Assembly (NCBI GenBank): GCA_049967475.1
Contig: JBMFSQ010000009.1
Coordinates: forward strand, 67,038 to 131,037
Direction: 5' to 3'
Length of the DNA stretch: 64,000 nucleotides
Source of the DNA: Chthonomonadales bacterium
Lineage (GTDB): Bacteria > Armatimonadota > Chthonomonadetes > Chthonomonadales > CAJBBX01
Below the pieces are notes generated by a model. That model was not told the DNA's origin. It worked only from the letters and a program-made list of their open reading frames with translations, and searched no databases. The position numbers were made by a program, and so were the translations under genes. Below, in pieces: positions 50,227 through 58,881 of this stretch (positions are counted from its first letter, which is position 1; each line of letters begins with the position of its first letter).

Positions 50227-51537
50227 ATGAGTATGTTGCGAACTTGGCGTCGCCCTGCAGCGGCCTGTGTCCTTTTGGCGCTGGCAGCATTACCGGCACT
50301 GGCAGACCTGGACGCGTTCATCAAGAGGCCCGAGCCCGCTTATCGCTGGGAGCTCCGCGGCAAGCAAACCGCCAACGAGGTCACGGTGTATGATTTGCAC
50401 ATGGTGTCCCAGGTGTGGCAAGGGATCACATGGGAACATCGCCTGCAGATCTTCCGGCCCAACACTCCCAAGCACCCGGGCTTCTGCGCCCTGTACAATA
50501 CCGGGGGCAGCGGCAGTCCCATGGACACGATGCTCGGCATGGAGCTGGCCCACGACAGCGGCGACACGTTCGCCATTCTGTACAACATCCCCAACCAGCC
50601 GTTATACGGAGGCAAGGTCGAAGACGAGCTGGTAGCCTACACTTGGCTCAAGTACCTGGAAACCGGGGATGATACCTGGCCCCTTCACTTTCCCATGGCA
50701 AAGGCGGTCATCAAGGCGATAGACACGATCCAGGCGTTAGCGAAGGAGCAGCAGTTGCCGCCCATAGACGGTTTTTTGGTATGTGGCGCCTCCAAACGCG
50801 GGTGGACAACATGGCTGGCCGGGGCTACACGAGATCCGCGCATCAAAGCCATCGCTCCGATGGTGATTGACACGCTCAACGTGGCGGCGCAAATCCCCCA
50901 TCAATTGAAGGCCTTCGGCAAACCCAGCGAACAAATCGCCGACTACAGCAGCACCGGCCTGTTGAATATGATCAACACCGAAGCAGGCAAGCGCCTCATG
51001 CAACTGGAGGATCCTTATTCGTACCGAGACCGCCTCACCCTCCCCAAGCTGATCATCCTGGGCACCAACGACCGATACTGGGCCCAAGACGCCCTTAACC
51101 TCTACTGGGACGGGTTGAAAGGCCCCAAATGGGTACTCTACACTCCCAACAGCGGGCATGGGCTCGAAGACCGCGCCAGGGTTCTGGCGACGCTCTCGGC
51201 GTTCATAGACACAATCGCCTCGGGGAAGCTCTTCCCCCGGATGCGGTGGGAACACAAGCTAAGCCCTGCCGGAGATGACCTTACGGTAACGAGTACCCCG
51301 GCAGCAATCGAAGGGCGGTTGTGGCACAACCATGCTGCAACCCAAGACTTGCGGGATGCCCGTTGGACCTATGAACCCATGACGCGCACCAAGAACGGGT
51401 TCACCGCCCATTTTGACCGGCCCAAGGAGGGGTATTCTGCGGTGTTTGCCGAGCTGGTTTACAACCTCAACGGTCACACCTTCACCCTCTCTACGCAGCT
51501 TCAGGTACTCGGGCCGGAGGCATCAGAAGAGCATTGA
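50227..51537 (+). CDS. PhoPQ-activated pathogenicity-related (PqaA-like) exported alpha/beta hydrolase
   Basis: Signal peptide; SQVW, PNQP, PMAKA, GASKRGWTTW, DPYSY, NDRYW, PNSGH. Confidence 0.88.
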   Translation: MSMLRTWRRPAAACVLLALAALPALADLDAFIKRPEPAYRWELRGKQTANEVTVYDLHMVSQVWQGITWEHRLQIFRPNTPKHPGFCALYNTGGSGSPMDTMLGMELAHDSGDTFAILYNIPNQPLYGGKVEDELVAYTWLKYLETGDDTWPLHFPMAKAVIKAIDTIQALAKEQQLPPIDGFLVCGASKRGWTTWLAGATRDPRIKAIAPMVIDTLNVAAQIPHQLKAFGKPSEQIADYSSTGLLNMINTEAGKRLMQLEDPYSYRDRLTLPKLIILGTNDRYWAQDALNLYWDGLKGPKWVLYTPNSGHGLEDRARVLATLSAFIDTIASGKLFPRMRWEHKLSPAGDDLTVTSTPAAIEGRLWHNHAATQDLRDARWTYEPMTRTKNGFTAHFDRPKEGYSAVFAELVYNLNGHTFTLSTQLQVLGPEASEEH

Positions 51538-51558
51538 GCCTGCATCGGCAGATTTGCG

Positions 51559-51605
51559 GGTTATGCGTTTAAGTGCTTGACAACGGCGCGCACCCGTACT
51601 ATACT
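51559..51605 (+). promoter_or_regulatory. Promoter plus palindromic upstream element of DUF1559 gene #3
   Basis: TTATGCGTTTAA then TTGACA-17 nt-TATACT. Confidence 0.8.
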
Positions 51606-51776
51606 GGTGTCAGCACGATGCAATGGAGCATCCCGCAATGCCGGCTGCCTCCGCCGGGCGGATTACGGAAGCGCATTACCTTCCCTGCGCGGCGGTCTCC
51701 ATGATCTTGCGGGTGTCTCGAGCGTGAACCTAGAGCGGCCTTGGTGCCGCCGATCTCGACGACAAGGAGCCACACG

Positions 51777-52577
51777 ATGCATCCTCTCTTCCGCTGTAGC
51801 CGCAAAGGCGGCTTCACCCTTATCGAGCTGCTCGTGGTGATCGCGATCATCGCCATCTTGGCAGCCATTCTCTTCCCAGTGTTCGCGCGTGCTCGTGAAC
51901 AGGCACGGAAGACCGTTTGCCTCTCCAATCTTAAGCAGATCGGCCTCGCCTCCCTCATGTATGTACAGGATTACGATGAGACGTTCCCATGGCTCATGCA
52001 GGACGGGCGGAACAACAACGACAACACCGGCCTCAGCTACGGCATGGTAAGCACACCCATCAACCTCAACAACATCCGCGGGCTGTTTATGGAGTTTGTG
52101 TTCCAGCCGTACATCAAGAACTACGGTATCTTCGCGTGTCCCACCCTGGGATCCGATCCGCCGCGCTTCGACGCCATCGGAGTGCTCAACGAGTACGGCT
52201 CGTATGGATACGCTTATGGAGGCATCGGCGCAGGCATGGGCAGCATGTCACCCAAGCCCACTCCCCTGGAACTCTTTGTGCGCTTCGTAGGACCCATCCT
52301 CGGCCCTCCATACAATACCGGTAATCCCCAGGACTACTACATCGCCGGGCAGGGGCTGGCCGTGGTAGGCAACCCCGCAGACTCGATCATCGCCTTCTGC
52401 AACTCCTATGGAGCCCACCTAGGCGTGAGCGACAGCGATGTAGTCCCCGCAGTATTCGGGGGCAACGGACGCAATCTCAACGGAGCCACTCTTGCCGTGA
52501 TGGTTGACGGCCATGCGAAATTCAAGCAAGGGACCTTCTTTGACCTCGTTCGGTTCGCATTGGCCCCGCTTCACTAA
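51777..52577 (+). CDS. Prepilin-type / DUF1559 / H-X9-DG protein #3
   Basis: [17 protein letters not shown]..., [13 protein letters not shown]. Confidence 0.93.
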   Translation: MHPLFRCSRKGGFTLIELLVVIAIIAILAAILFPVFARAREQARKTVCLSNLKQIGLASLMYVQDYDETFPWLMQDGRNNNDNTGLSYGMVSTPINLNNIRGLFMEFVFQPYIKNYGIFACPTLGSDPPRFDAIGVLNEYGSYGYAYGGIGAGMGSMSPKPTPLELFVRFVGPILGPPYNTGNPQDYYIAGQGLAVVGNPADSIIAFCNSYGAHLGVSDSDVVPAVFGGNGRNLNGATLAVMVDGHAKFKQGTFFDLVRFALAPLH

Positions 52578-52589
52578 GGCGGTAGCAGA

Positions 52590-52811
52590 ATGAAATCACA
52601 AATCAACCCCGTTGTTGCCATCGTGGTGATTGTGCTCGTGGTGCTCGTCGTGGGCGCTTTCATCTGGAAGTCCACGTCCGGTACGGCGCCCGGAACCGGC
52701 AAACGCAACACTACGCTGGATTTCAACAAAATGGAAAAGGACCCCGTCAAACTCATGCAGGGTCTGCAAGAACTGAAGCAGAAGGAAGACGCTCAGAAGG
52801 CGCGCCAGTAG
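52590..52811 (+). CDS. Small single-pass membrane protein coupled to DUF1559 #3
   Basis: INPVVAIVVIVLVVLVVGAFIWK TM helix followed by a charged tail. Confidence 0.8.
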   Translation: MKSQINPVVAIVVIVLVVLVVGAFIWKSTSGTAPGTGKRNTTLDFNKMEKDPVKLMQGLQELKQKEDAQKARQ

Positions 52812-53084
52812 GTCTTTGGGCAGATCAGTTTGATGCCCTGCAGGCACCGAGCTGATCTGCCCATTCCTCATGTTCTTCCAGAGCGGCGGGGTCCCCTGTC
52901 CTTTGCTGTGCGTGAACCCAGCAGCGATCCGCCATCTCGGCCGGAAGACACCGGTGTACCGCCGAAACGCTCTGTGATCCACGCCGCGGATATCCATCAG
53001 TAAGACGATGGAAGCCCACTGCTGCATCTGCGCGCTCTCAGCGGTCGGGTATACTCACCTGCGAATGCACCACCTGCGCATCCG

Positions 53085-54164
53085 GTGTCCATGGTGATCG
53101 AGTTCCGCCTGCACGGCTTCGGCAAATCGTGCGCCCTTGCGTGGTCTCTCGGCCTCTTCTTCCTTTGGTTCCCCACTCGTGCATGGACGGCCCAGACCTT
53201 GCCCGATTACGAGCTCATTCCCATCCGGAACATGCGGCCGTACAACCTCCTCTTTCTCCAGATCCAGCCGGCACCGCCGGATGTCCTCAGTGCTGGGCAC
53301 ACACGCCTGCGCTGCCAGCTCGATATCGCCAACAACCTTCTGGCGCCGGTGGCTTCGCCGGGGTCAACCGTTGTGGAAGACAATGAGATCCAGCGCGTTA
53401 CCCTGGAACCTGCCTTCGGCATCGGCTCCGACTGGGAAGTGTCGGCCCGCATCCCTCTGCTCTGGCGCAATGGTGGGATGATGGATCCCATCCTCAGCTT
53501 CTGGCACCGCCTCTTCGGCATCCCGGCAGACGGAGAGGACGTGCCCCTGGGCCGAGACCATTATGGGGATTTCCATTCGGTCTTGCTGTTGCGTGATCCT
53601 TCCGGACGAGTTTTGGTCAACGCAGGCAATGCCTTCGGGTTGGGCGACGTATCGTTTACCCTCAAACATGCCTGGTACGGATCCAACCAGCCGAAGAATG
53701 CCGCAGTGCGCATCTTGGCTAAATTGCCCACGGGCAACCCAGGTCTTCTTCTGGGCAGCGGGCATCCGGATTTTGGCATCTCCCTGGACCTTCGCATCAA
53801 CCTTGGGTCCGCTGTGGCTTTCATCGCGAATGGAGGATGCGTGATTGCAGGGGGTGCCCCGATGGCGCTCCCGAACCGCTCCACCCTATTCCAGTACATC
53901 GTGGGCATTCGATACCAGGCCAACAGACGTGATGCTTTTCTTTGGGAATGGGAGAGCAGCCCGGCCGCCGTGGTCACTGGGAACCGCTTCGCCGATCACC
54001 CGCAGGCTACGGCGACCTTCGGGTACCGCAGATCTTTGCGGCCTGGGGTCTTCCTTTATGCCTCCTTTTCGGAGAACGGCGACATCCACAATTACACCCT
54101 GCCTTGGTTCAGTGCCGTCGGACCGGATTTCACTGTGTCGGCAGGGATCGAGATACTGCATTGA
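53085..54164 (+). CDS. Putative outer-membrane beta-barrel protein (DUF3187-like)
   Basis: Signal peptide; GGMMDPILSFWHRLFG, GLGDV, KLPTG...GSG, terminal PDFTVSAG strand. Confidence 0.75.
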   Translation: MSMVIEFRLHGFGKSCALAWSLGLFFLWFPTRAWTAQTLPDYELIPIRNMRPYNLLFLQIQPAPPDVLSAGHTRLRCQLDIANNLLAPVASPGSTVVEDNEIQRVTLEPAFGIGSDWEVSARIPLLWRNGGMMDPILSFWHRLFGIPADGEDVPLGRDHYGDFHSVLLLRDPSGRVLVNAGNAFGLGDVSFTLKHAWYGSNQPKNAAVRILAKLPTGNPGLLLGSGHPDFGISLDLRINLGSAVAFIANGGCVIAGGAPMALPNRSTLFQYIVGIRYQANRRDAFLWEWESSPAAVVTGNRFADHPQATATFGYRRSLRPGVFLYASFSENGDIHNYTLPWFSAVGPDFTVSAGIEILH

Positions 54165-54247
54165 GAATGAATGCCAAGAAGCTCCCTCGAGGAGTTTGGG
54201 CTGCGTCAACCCAATGTGCCACATATTCCGCAGGAGGTACCACGATC

Positions 54248-54940
54248 ATGACCCGCATCCGCTCAATGGTCTGGGCGACTGTTCTAGCAGCCATGCTGCC
54301 TGCACCTATGGTGTCGGCCCAGAAGGCTCCATCCCCTCATCCCCCAAAGGGCGCCAAGGTGTTGTTCAACGGCAAGGATGCCTCCCTTTGGCAACACCTC
54401 GATGGGCGCCCAGTCCAATGGACCGTATCCCACGGAGTGCTGGAGGTCAAGCCGGGCACAGGGAACATCGTCACCAAGGAGCGTTTTCGAGACTTCCAGC
54501 TCCACCTCGAGTTTCGAGAACCCCTAATGCCCGACGCTCACGACCAAGCCAGAGGAAACAGCGGCCTGTACCTGCAGGGCCGGTATGAAATCCAGATCCT
54601 GGACTCGTACCACAATCCCACCTACAAATACGGCGGATGTGGCGCCATCTACGGCATTAAGGATCCGGATAAGGACGTTTGCAAACCGCCGCTGCAGTGG
54701 CAAACATACGACGTCTTTTTCCGAGCAGCCCGGTTCAATCCAGATGGCTCGGTGAAAGAACTGCCACGCGTTACGGTCTACTGGAACGGCGTGAAGATCC
54801 ACGACGCAGTAGAGATCCCTCACGGAACCACCGCGGGGCTAGGGAATGAACTCGTGGCCGAGGGACCCATCATGTTGCAGGATCATGGATGCCCGGTACA
54901 GTTCCGCAACATCTGGATCGTCCCGGGCAAGGCGCAATAG
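54248..54940 (+). CDS. DUF1080 (3-keto-disaccharide hydrolase family) exported protein
   Basis: LFNGKD, DFQLHLEF, GNSGLY, YEIQILD, LQDHG..V.FRNIW. Confidence 0.92.
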   Translation: MTRIRSMVWATVLAAMLPAPMVSAQKAPSPHPPKGAKVLFNGKDASLWQHLDGRPVQWTVSHGVLEVKPGTGNIVTKERFRDFQLHLEFREPLMPDAHDQARGNSGLYLQGRYEIQILDSYHNPTYKYGGCGAIYGIKDPDKDVCKPPLQWQTYDVFFRAARFNPDGSVKELPRVTVYWNGVKIHDAVEIPHGTTAGLGNELVAEGPIMLQDHGCPVQFRNIWIVPGKAQ

Positions 54941-54985
54941 GACGAGACGGCGACACACGGCTTTACGTCGGAAGGGGTTCGGCGA

Positions 54986-55249
54986 CTAAATCATGTTGCC
55001 GGGCTCCCCCTTGCGCATCCCGATGCTGCGGCGATCCAACCAGTTGTTGTCGCGAAGTACGTAGATGAGCACGCTGTCGTACTCCGGTTCAATGATTTTC
55101 TGGAGGCCCCGCTCCATGCGGGCGAGCTGGCTTTGGGTCACTTCGCCCTCGAATACCGAATTCTGTACCCACGTAAGGAAGCGGCCGCAGTATTTGAATA
55201 CCCGTTGCACCCTTCTCTGCGCCACGTCATAGACCAGGATCACGTACAA
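54986..55249 (-). CDS. cas2: CRISPR-associated endonuclease Cas2
   Basis: YVILVYDV, WVQNSVFEG, DSVLIY. Confidence 0.95.
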   Translation of the reverse strand: MYVILVYDVAQRRVQRVFKYCGRFLTWVQNSVFEGEVTQSQLARMERGLQKIIEPEYDSVLIYVLRDNNWLDRRSIGMRKGEPGNMI

Positions 55250-55273
55250 TCCGGTGCTCCCAAGGCTCCTCGC

Positions 55274-56410
55274 TTACCACCACATGTGGAAAGCGCGATA
55301 CGTTTCCTCGCCTACTAGGTGCCGGATCAAGCGGTAGCATTCGAGCCTCAGCAATCTCTGATACGATACATGCCGCTTCAGGCGGCGGTGAAACAGCGTG
55401 GACTGGAGCTTGCCCTCAAATGCTTTCACAACGAGTTTCCGGCCGTCCTCATCAAGGCGGCAGCCGTTGAGCGACGTGTCGAAGTGGTTCGGCACCAATT
55501 GCCGGGTGTTGAGCAGCGAGAAGATCATGCGGTCCACGATGACCGGCTTGAAGACGTCGGCGATATCTAAAGCGAGCGAGAAGCGGCGTTCACCCGGCTC
55601 ATGAAGGTAACTGATTTCCGGTGAAAGCTGTGTATGGTAAATCTCACCTACGCATGCGGCATAGAGGAGACCATTGCCGAACGAAATGAGGGCGTTCACC
55701 GGGTTGTCCGGCGGACGCCGCACGCGCTTGCGAAACTCGGCTAGAGCCGATTCAACCAAGATGTGCTGCCAAAGCCCGTAGTAGGTATTGCGAGCCTTTC
55801 CCTCGACGCCCATCAATTCGCCGGCATCCGATGCACTGCCGATCTGCCCGGCCAGTTCCTCTATGGTTCCGAACCCTGCTGCCAAGGGCCCATCCGGCGC
55901 ATCGGGCCGGGTAAGATCCACCTCAATGGGATCGGCAGGTGGAGCGGTGTCATCCAGCCCGTCTTCCGGCACCTGGACTTCCGCTCCCTCCTCGGGAGAT
56001 TGTACTGCATCGCTCTCGTCGTCCCTCACTCCCCGGCGGCGCGTGTAGTAGGCTACCGTGCGTAGAATGTTGAAGAGGGATCCCTCCAGCAGCTCCTTTG
56101 CCAGCACCATGCGCCGCTTCAAATCAAGATAGTGCTCAGCTTGGCGTACAAGCAGATGGCCTGAATGGAGATATTCACGCGGGTAGTACGTTCCGGCGTA
56201 GTAGCCGTAGTAGTTGAATACGTGAAGCGGCACCCGGTGCTGGGAGAGGAAGTTGAGCGCCTTCGTATTCAGATCCAATTCGCCGAAGGCATACAAGGCC
56301 TCAACATCCTCGATGGGGATGCGCCGTGAAGCGTCTGTCTGTTCCAGCAGAAGGGTGTTGGCTTCCCGCCGCAGACGGCCGCTGGAAAAGATGTAGTAGT
56401 TGCGAGGCAT
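55274..56410 (-). CDS. cas1: CRISPR-associated integrase Cas1 (type I-B-like sequence) with acidic insertion
   Basis: YYIFSSGRLRR, FNYYGYYAG, LMGVEG, RRPPDNPVNALISFGN, SYLHEP, LALDIADVFKP. Confidence 0.96.
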   Translation of the reverse strand: MPRNYYIFSSGRLRREANTLLLEQTDASRRIPIEDVEALYAFGELDLNTKALNFLSQHRVPLHVFNYYGYYAGTYYPREYLHSGHLLVRQAEHYLDLKRRMVLAKELLEGSLFNILRTVAYYTRRRGVRDDESDAVQSPEEGAEVQVPEDGLDDTAPPADPIEVDLTRPDAPDGPLAAGFGTIEELAGQIGSASDAGELMGVEGKARNTYYGLWQHILVESALAEFRKRVRRPPDNPVNALISFGNGLLYAACVGEIYHTQLSPEISYLHEPGERRFSLALDIADVFKPVIVDRMIFSLLNTRQLVPNHFDTSLNGCRLDEDGRKLVVKAFEGKLQSTLFHRRLKRHVSYQRLLRLECYRLIRHLVGEETYRAFHMWW

Positions 56411-56438
56411 TGCTTGCGTGCCGTAGGAGCTCTGGAGC

Positions 56439-57563
56439 TTAGCCGCCTTCGTTGATTTCGTGGCCACCGAAGCGCAGCAGCCGCAATCGGTTCCCAATCG
56501 GTTCACAGCGCACGCGCAGTTTCCGGTTCACCCGGAAGTGTCCCTCGGTTCCCGGCGTGTTCCTATAATTCTCGTACCGGATGCCGTGATCGGCGCGGAG
56601 AGCCTGCAGGCCGCCATCCCGAAACACGACGGCCACCTCAGCAAGCTTCTGCTGTAATACCACGCGCTCGTCCTCCGCAGCTTTAGCGAAATCGGCCAGA
56701 AATGCATCCGTGTACTCCAACTCGGGATGCCCCACCGGCTCTTCCTGCCGGCCCAGTATCTCGCGGTATGCCTTGTTCCAGAGGAGGCGCCCCCAATTGG
56801 AAAGCACTACGTATTCGCCTTCCCTGCGCACCAGCACCTCGGGAAGCGTGGTAATCTCCGTTGCCGGCCGCCTTCCCCGAACCGCCAAACGAACCAAGGA
56901 GAAAACATGGTCGCGGACGATCTCTTCATCTATACACGCAGGGAGGCGGGGGATGCGCAGCAATGGGGAACCCGGGCCCTCGAAGATGTAGCAGATCTCG
57001 TCGGCATAGACCATCCCGATCGTATGCATATAGGCTTGCAGGCTCTTGAAGCCACCTACAAGGTTGAACACGATGAAATAGCCCTTGGTGCGCAGATCCC
57101 CGAGGGTTTGATCGCACCAGTGAAGAAGGGCATCAATGCCCCTCTCGAAGGCCTCCTGGCTCGCCGTGTTCAATTGTTCGATCCGAAATAGGGTCACGCG
57201 CCTAACCTGGGGTTCCAGCCAACCCTTCACGATCTGCGCGCATAGTTCCCCCTGGAGCGTGTCGGTATGGAGTAGATAGTGCTCGAATGCGTCCCCCAGG
57301 AAGTTGCCCGACACGATGCCGTTGAGTTCTGAACTGAACTCACTAACGGAGGTTTTCTGAGCCGCAGCCAAACGCTCTCGCACTGCCACGGCGTGCTGCT
57401 CAATCTGCCGGAGTTCCGCAACACTACAACCTTCCCGCTTCAGGTTCGCGGTGGCGCGCAGAAGATCCCGCAGCCCCTCAGAAACTGCGGCGTTGGTGAG
57501 CAAACTGGTCCCGACGGTGCTCACCACCGCGGTTCCCGCCGGCGCCTTACCGTTCGTCGGCAT
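56439..57563 (-). CDS. CARF (APE2256/TIGR02619-type) - RelE-like fusion, Cami1-like effector
   Basis: VSTVGTSLLTN and NLVGGFK...YIFE CARF motifs; C-terminal ~90 aa (LEYTDAFLADF...HFRVNRKLRV...LLRFGGH) with a RelE-like pattern. Confidence 0.8.
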   Translation of the reverse strand: MPTNGKAPAGTAVVSTVGTSLLTNAAVSEGLRDLLRATANLKREGCSVAELRQIEQHAVAVRERLAAAQKTSVSEFSSELNGIVSGNFLGDAFEHYLLHTDTLQGELCAQIVKGWLEPQVRRVTLFRIEQLNTASQEAFERGIDALLHWCDQTLGDLRTKGYFIVFNLVGGFKSLQAYMHTIGMVYADEICYIFEGPGSPLLRIPRLPACIDEEIVRDHVFSLVRLAVRGRRPATEITTLPEVLVRREGEYVVLSNWGRLLWNKAYREILGRQEEPVGHPELEYTDAFLADFAKAAEDERVVLQQKLAEVAVVFRDGGLQALRADHGIRYENYRNTPGTEGHFRVNRKLRVRCEPIGNRLRLLRFGGHEINEGG

Positions 57564-57608
57564 GGTTACCTCCCTACACCCTATCCGTGCGATCTCAGGA
57601 ATCCCTGC

Positions 57609-58877
57609 CTATCCGGCGGAACGCACACCCGAGGCTATGGCGAGTTCGATCAGCAACGGGACAGCATCATCCAATTCGCGTTGGAGCACGGAAGGATCCT
57701 TCGCGTCCGTTCTCATCCCGCAGTGAGCCAGCGAATTGCGAACCTGTCCGACCTTATCCCAGGCCCGGAGAAGATGTTCAAACCAAGCAAGGCCCCTTAA
57801 TCGCTCCAACCGGGCTTGCTCTTCGTTCGATTGCTGCAACTTGCCTTGGTCATCGTCATCCGCGCGTGTGCGTTTGCGTGAGAGCTTGTTGATTGCCGTT
57901 GCTATTCCATCGCGGGCATTGCTATCCAACCAATCGGTTTCAAGAGCCCAACACGCCACCGACACCACCCACTCTCTTGCGGACAAAAGCCCTTGGGTCA
58001 CCTGGCCTCGACGTTGGTATGTCTCTACAAGAGAAAGGTGGCGGTCGAGCGCTTCCCTGCTTACTTGGTTCTCATCGGATAAGGCAAGGCGCGCGTATTG
58101 GTTGCGTATCCTTTGCATAAGAAGCGCCATGGGTGGCGCCAACGACCGGGCCTCGGTTTCCACCCTTTCCAATTGTGTCATGACGTTAGCGGCGCCGGCA
58201 CAAACCTTCTGCGGTTGAGCAGTAGCCTCGGCCGAGGAAACTTGCCTAAGCGCGTCGGCGAACTTTTTCAGCCCCTTCGGCAACCTGTCCGAAGGCAGCC
58301 GCGGACGAGCCTTGTAGGCACCGTTGTGCTTATCCTCGAGGAGCTGTGCTATCCTGCCGGCGTCTCCAGTGTCGAGAAACTGATTTGCAGCGGACGCCCA
58401 TTCCAGAAGCTCGACGAACCCAGTCAATTCGAAGACGGGTACGCGGCCGTTCTGATCCTTGGCTTCAAAAGCCCCGTAGAGGATTCGAACCTTTCGGAGG
58501 TTTTGAGCAATGCGCAAAAACGCGATCGCCAAGAGTGCCAACATGGGAAGCGATCGGAAGCCATGGGTGATGTCCAGCACGACTTCTTCACCGTTCACGT
58601 GCTCGGCAAGCACTTCAAAGAAGCGCCACATCTCGTCCTCGGATTTACAGGACGGAATCCGCACCGATGTGTACTGCGTTCGTCCTTGAAGGCGCTCCTG
58701 CAGCTTCCGCCAATTCTCGTGGGCTTCGGCTTCTTCAGTAAGAAACACGCAGACTTCGGCGGGTTTGAGCCAATGGACCAGGGCTTCCGGGAAGAGAGCG
58801 GTGTTGTAAAAGGAGCCATTCCACCAGTAATCTGCAGGTTTGTAGTCTCCTGTGCCCAATACAGTCAACAACCGCAT
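57609..58877 (-). CDS. csx1: Csx1-type CARF-HEPN ribonuclease (TM1812 family)
   Basis: LGTGDY, LDITHGFRSLP (DxTHG), YGAFEA, HEPN RNSLAH motif. Confidence 0.9.
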   Translation of the reverse strand: MRLLTVLGTGDYKPADYWWNGSFYNTALFPEALVHWLKPAEVCVFLTEEAEAHENWRKLQERLQGRTQYTSVRIPSCKSEDEMWRFFEVLAEHVNGEEVVLDITHGFRSLPMLALLAIAFLRIAQNLRKVRILYGAFEAKDQNGRVPVFELTGFVELLEWASAANQFLDTGDAGRIAQLLEDKHNGAYKARPRLPSDRLPKGLKKFADALRQVSSAEATAQPQKVCAGAANVMTQLERVETEARSLAPPMALLMQRIRNQYARLALSDENQVSREALDRHLSLVETYQRRGQVTQGLLSAREWVVSVACWALETDWLDSNARDGIATAINKLSRKRTRADDDDQGKLQQSNEEQARLERLRGLAWFEHLLRAWDKVGQVRNSLAHCGMRTDAKDPSVLQRELDDAVPLLIELAIASGVRSAG

Positions 58878-58881
58878 GGCG

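Noticed and set aside
46180..51990. Near-identical ~100-nt stretches at the starts of the three DUF1559 genes as a DNA repeat, DGR or shufflon
   Set aside because: Explained by the conserved prepilin N-terminal peptide with synonymous differences; no reverse transcriptase or recombinase nearby.
52812..53084. Small gene or ncRNA between the small membrane protein and the beta-barrel gene
   Set aside because: Only a CAGATCAG/CTGATCTG stem and a TATACT -10; the ORFs lack an RBS or recognisable features.
54940..54986. CRISPR array downstream of cas2 or elsewhere in the window
   Set aside because: No regularly spaced 25-40 nt direct repeats seen; the gap is only 45 nt.
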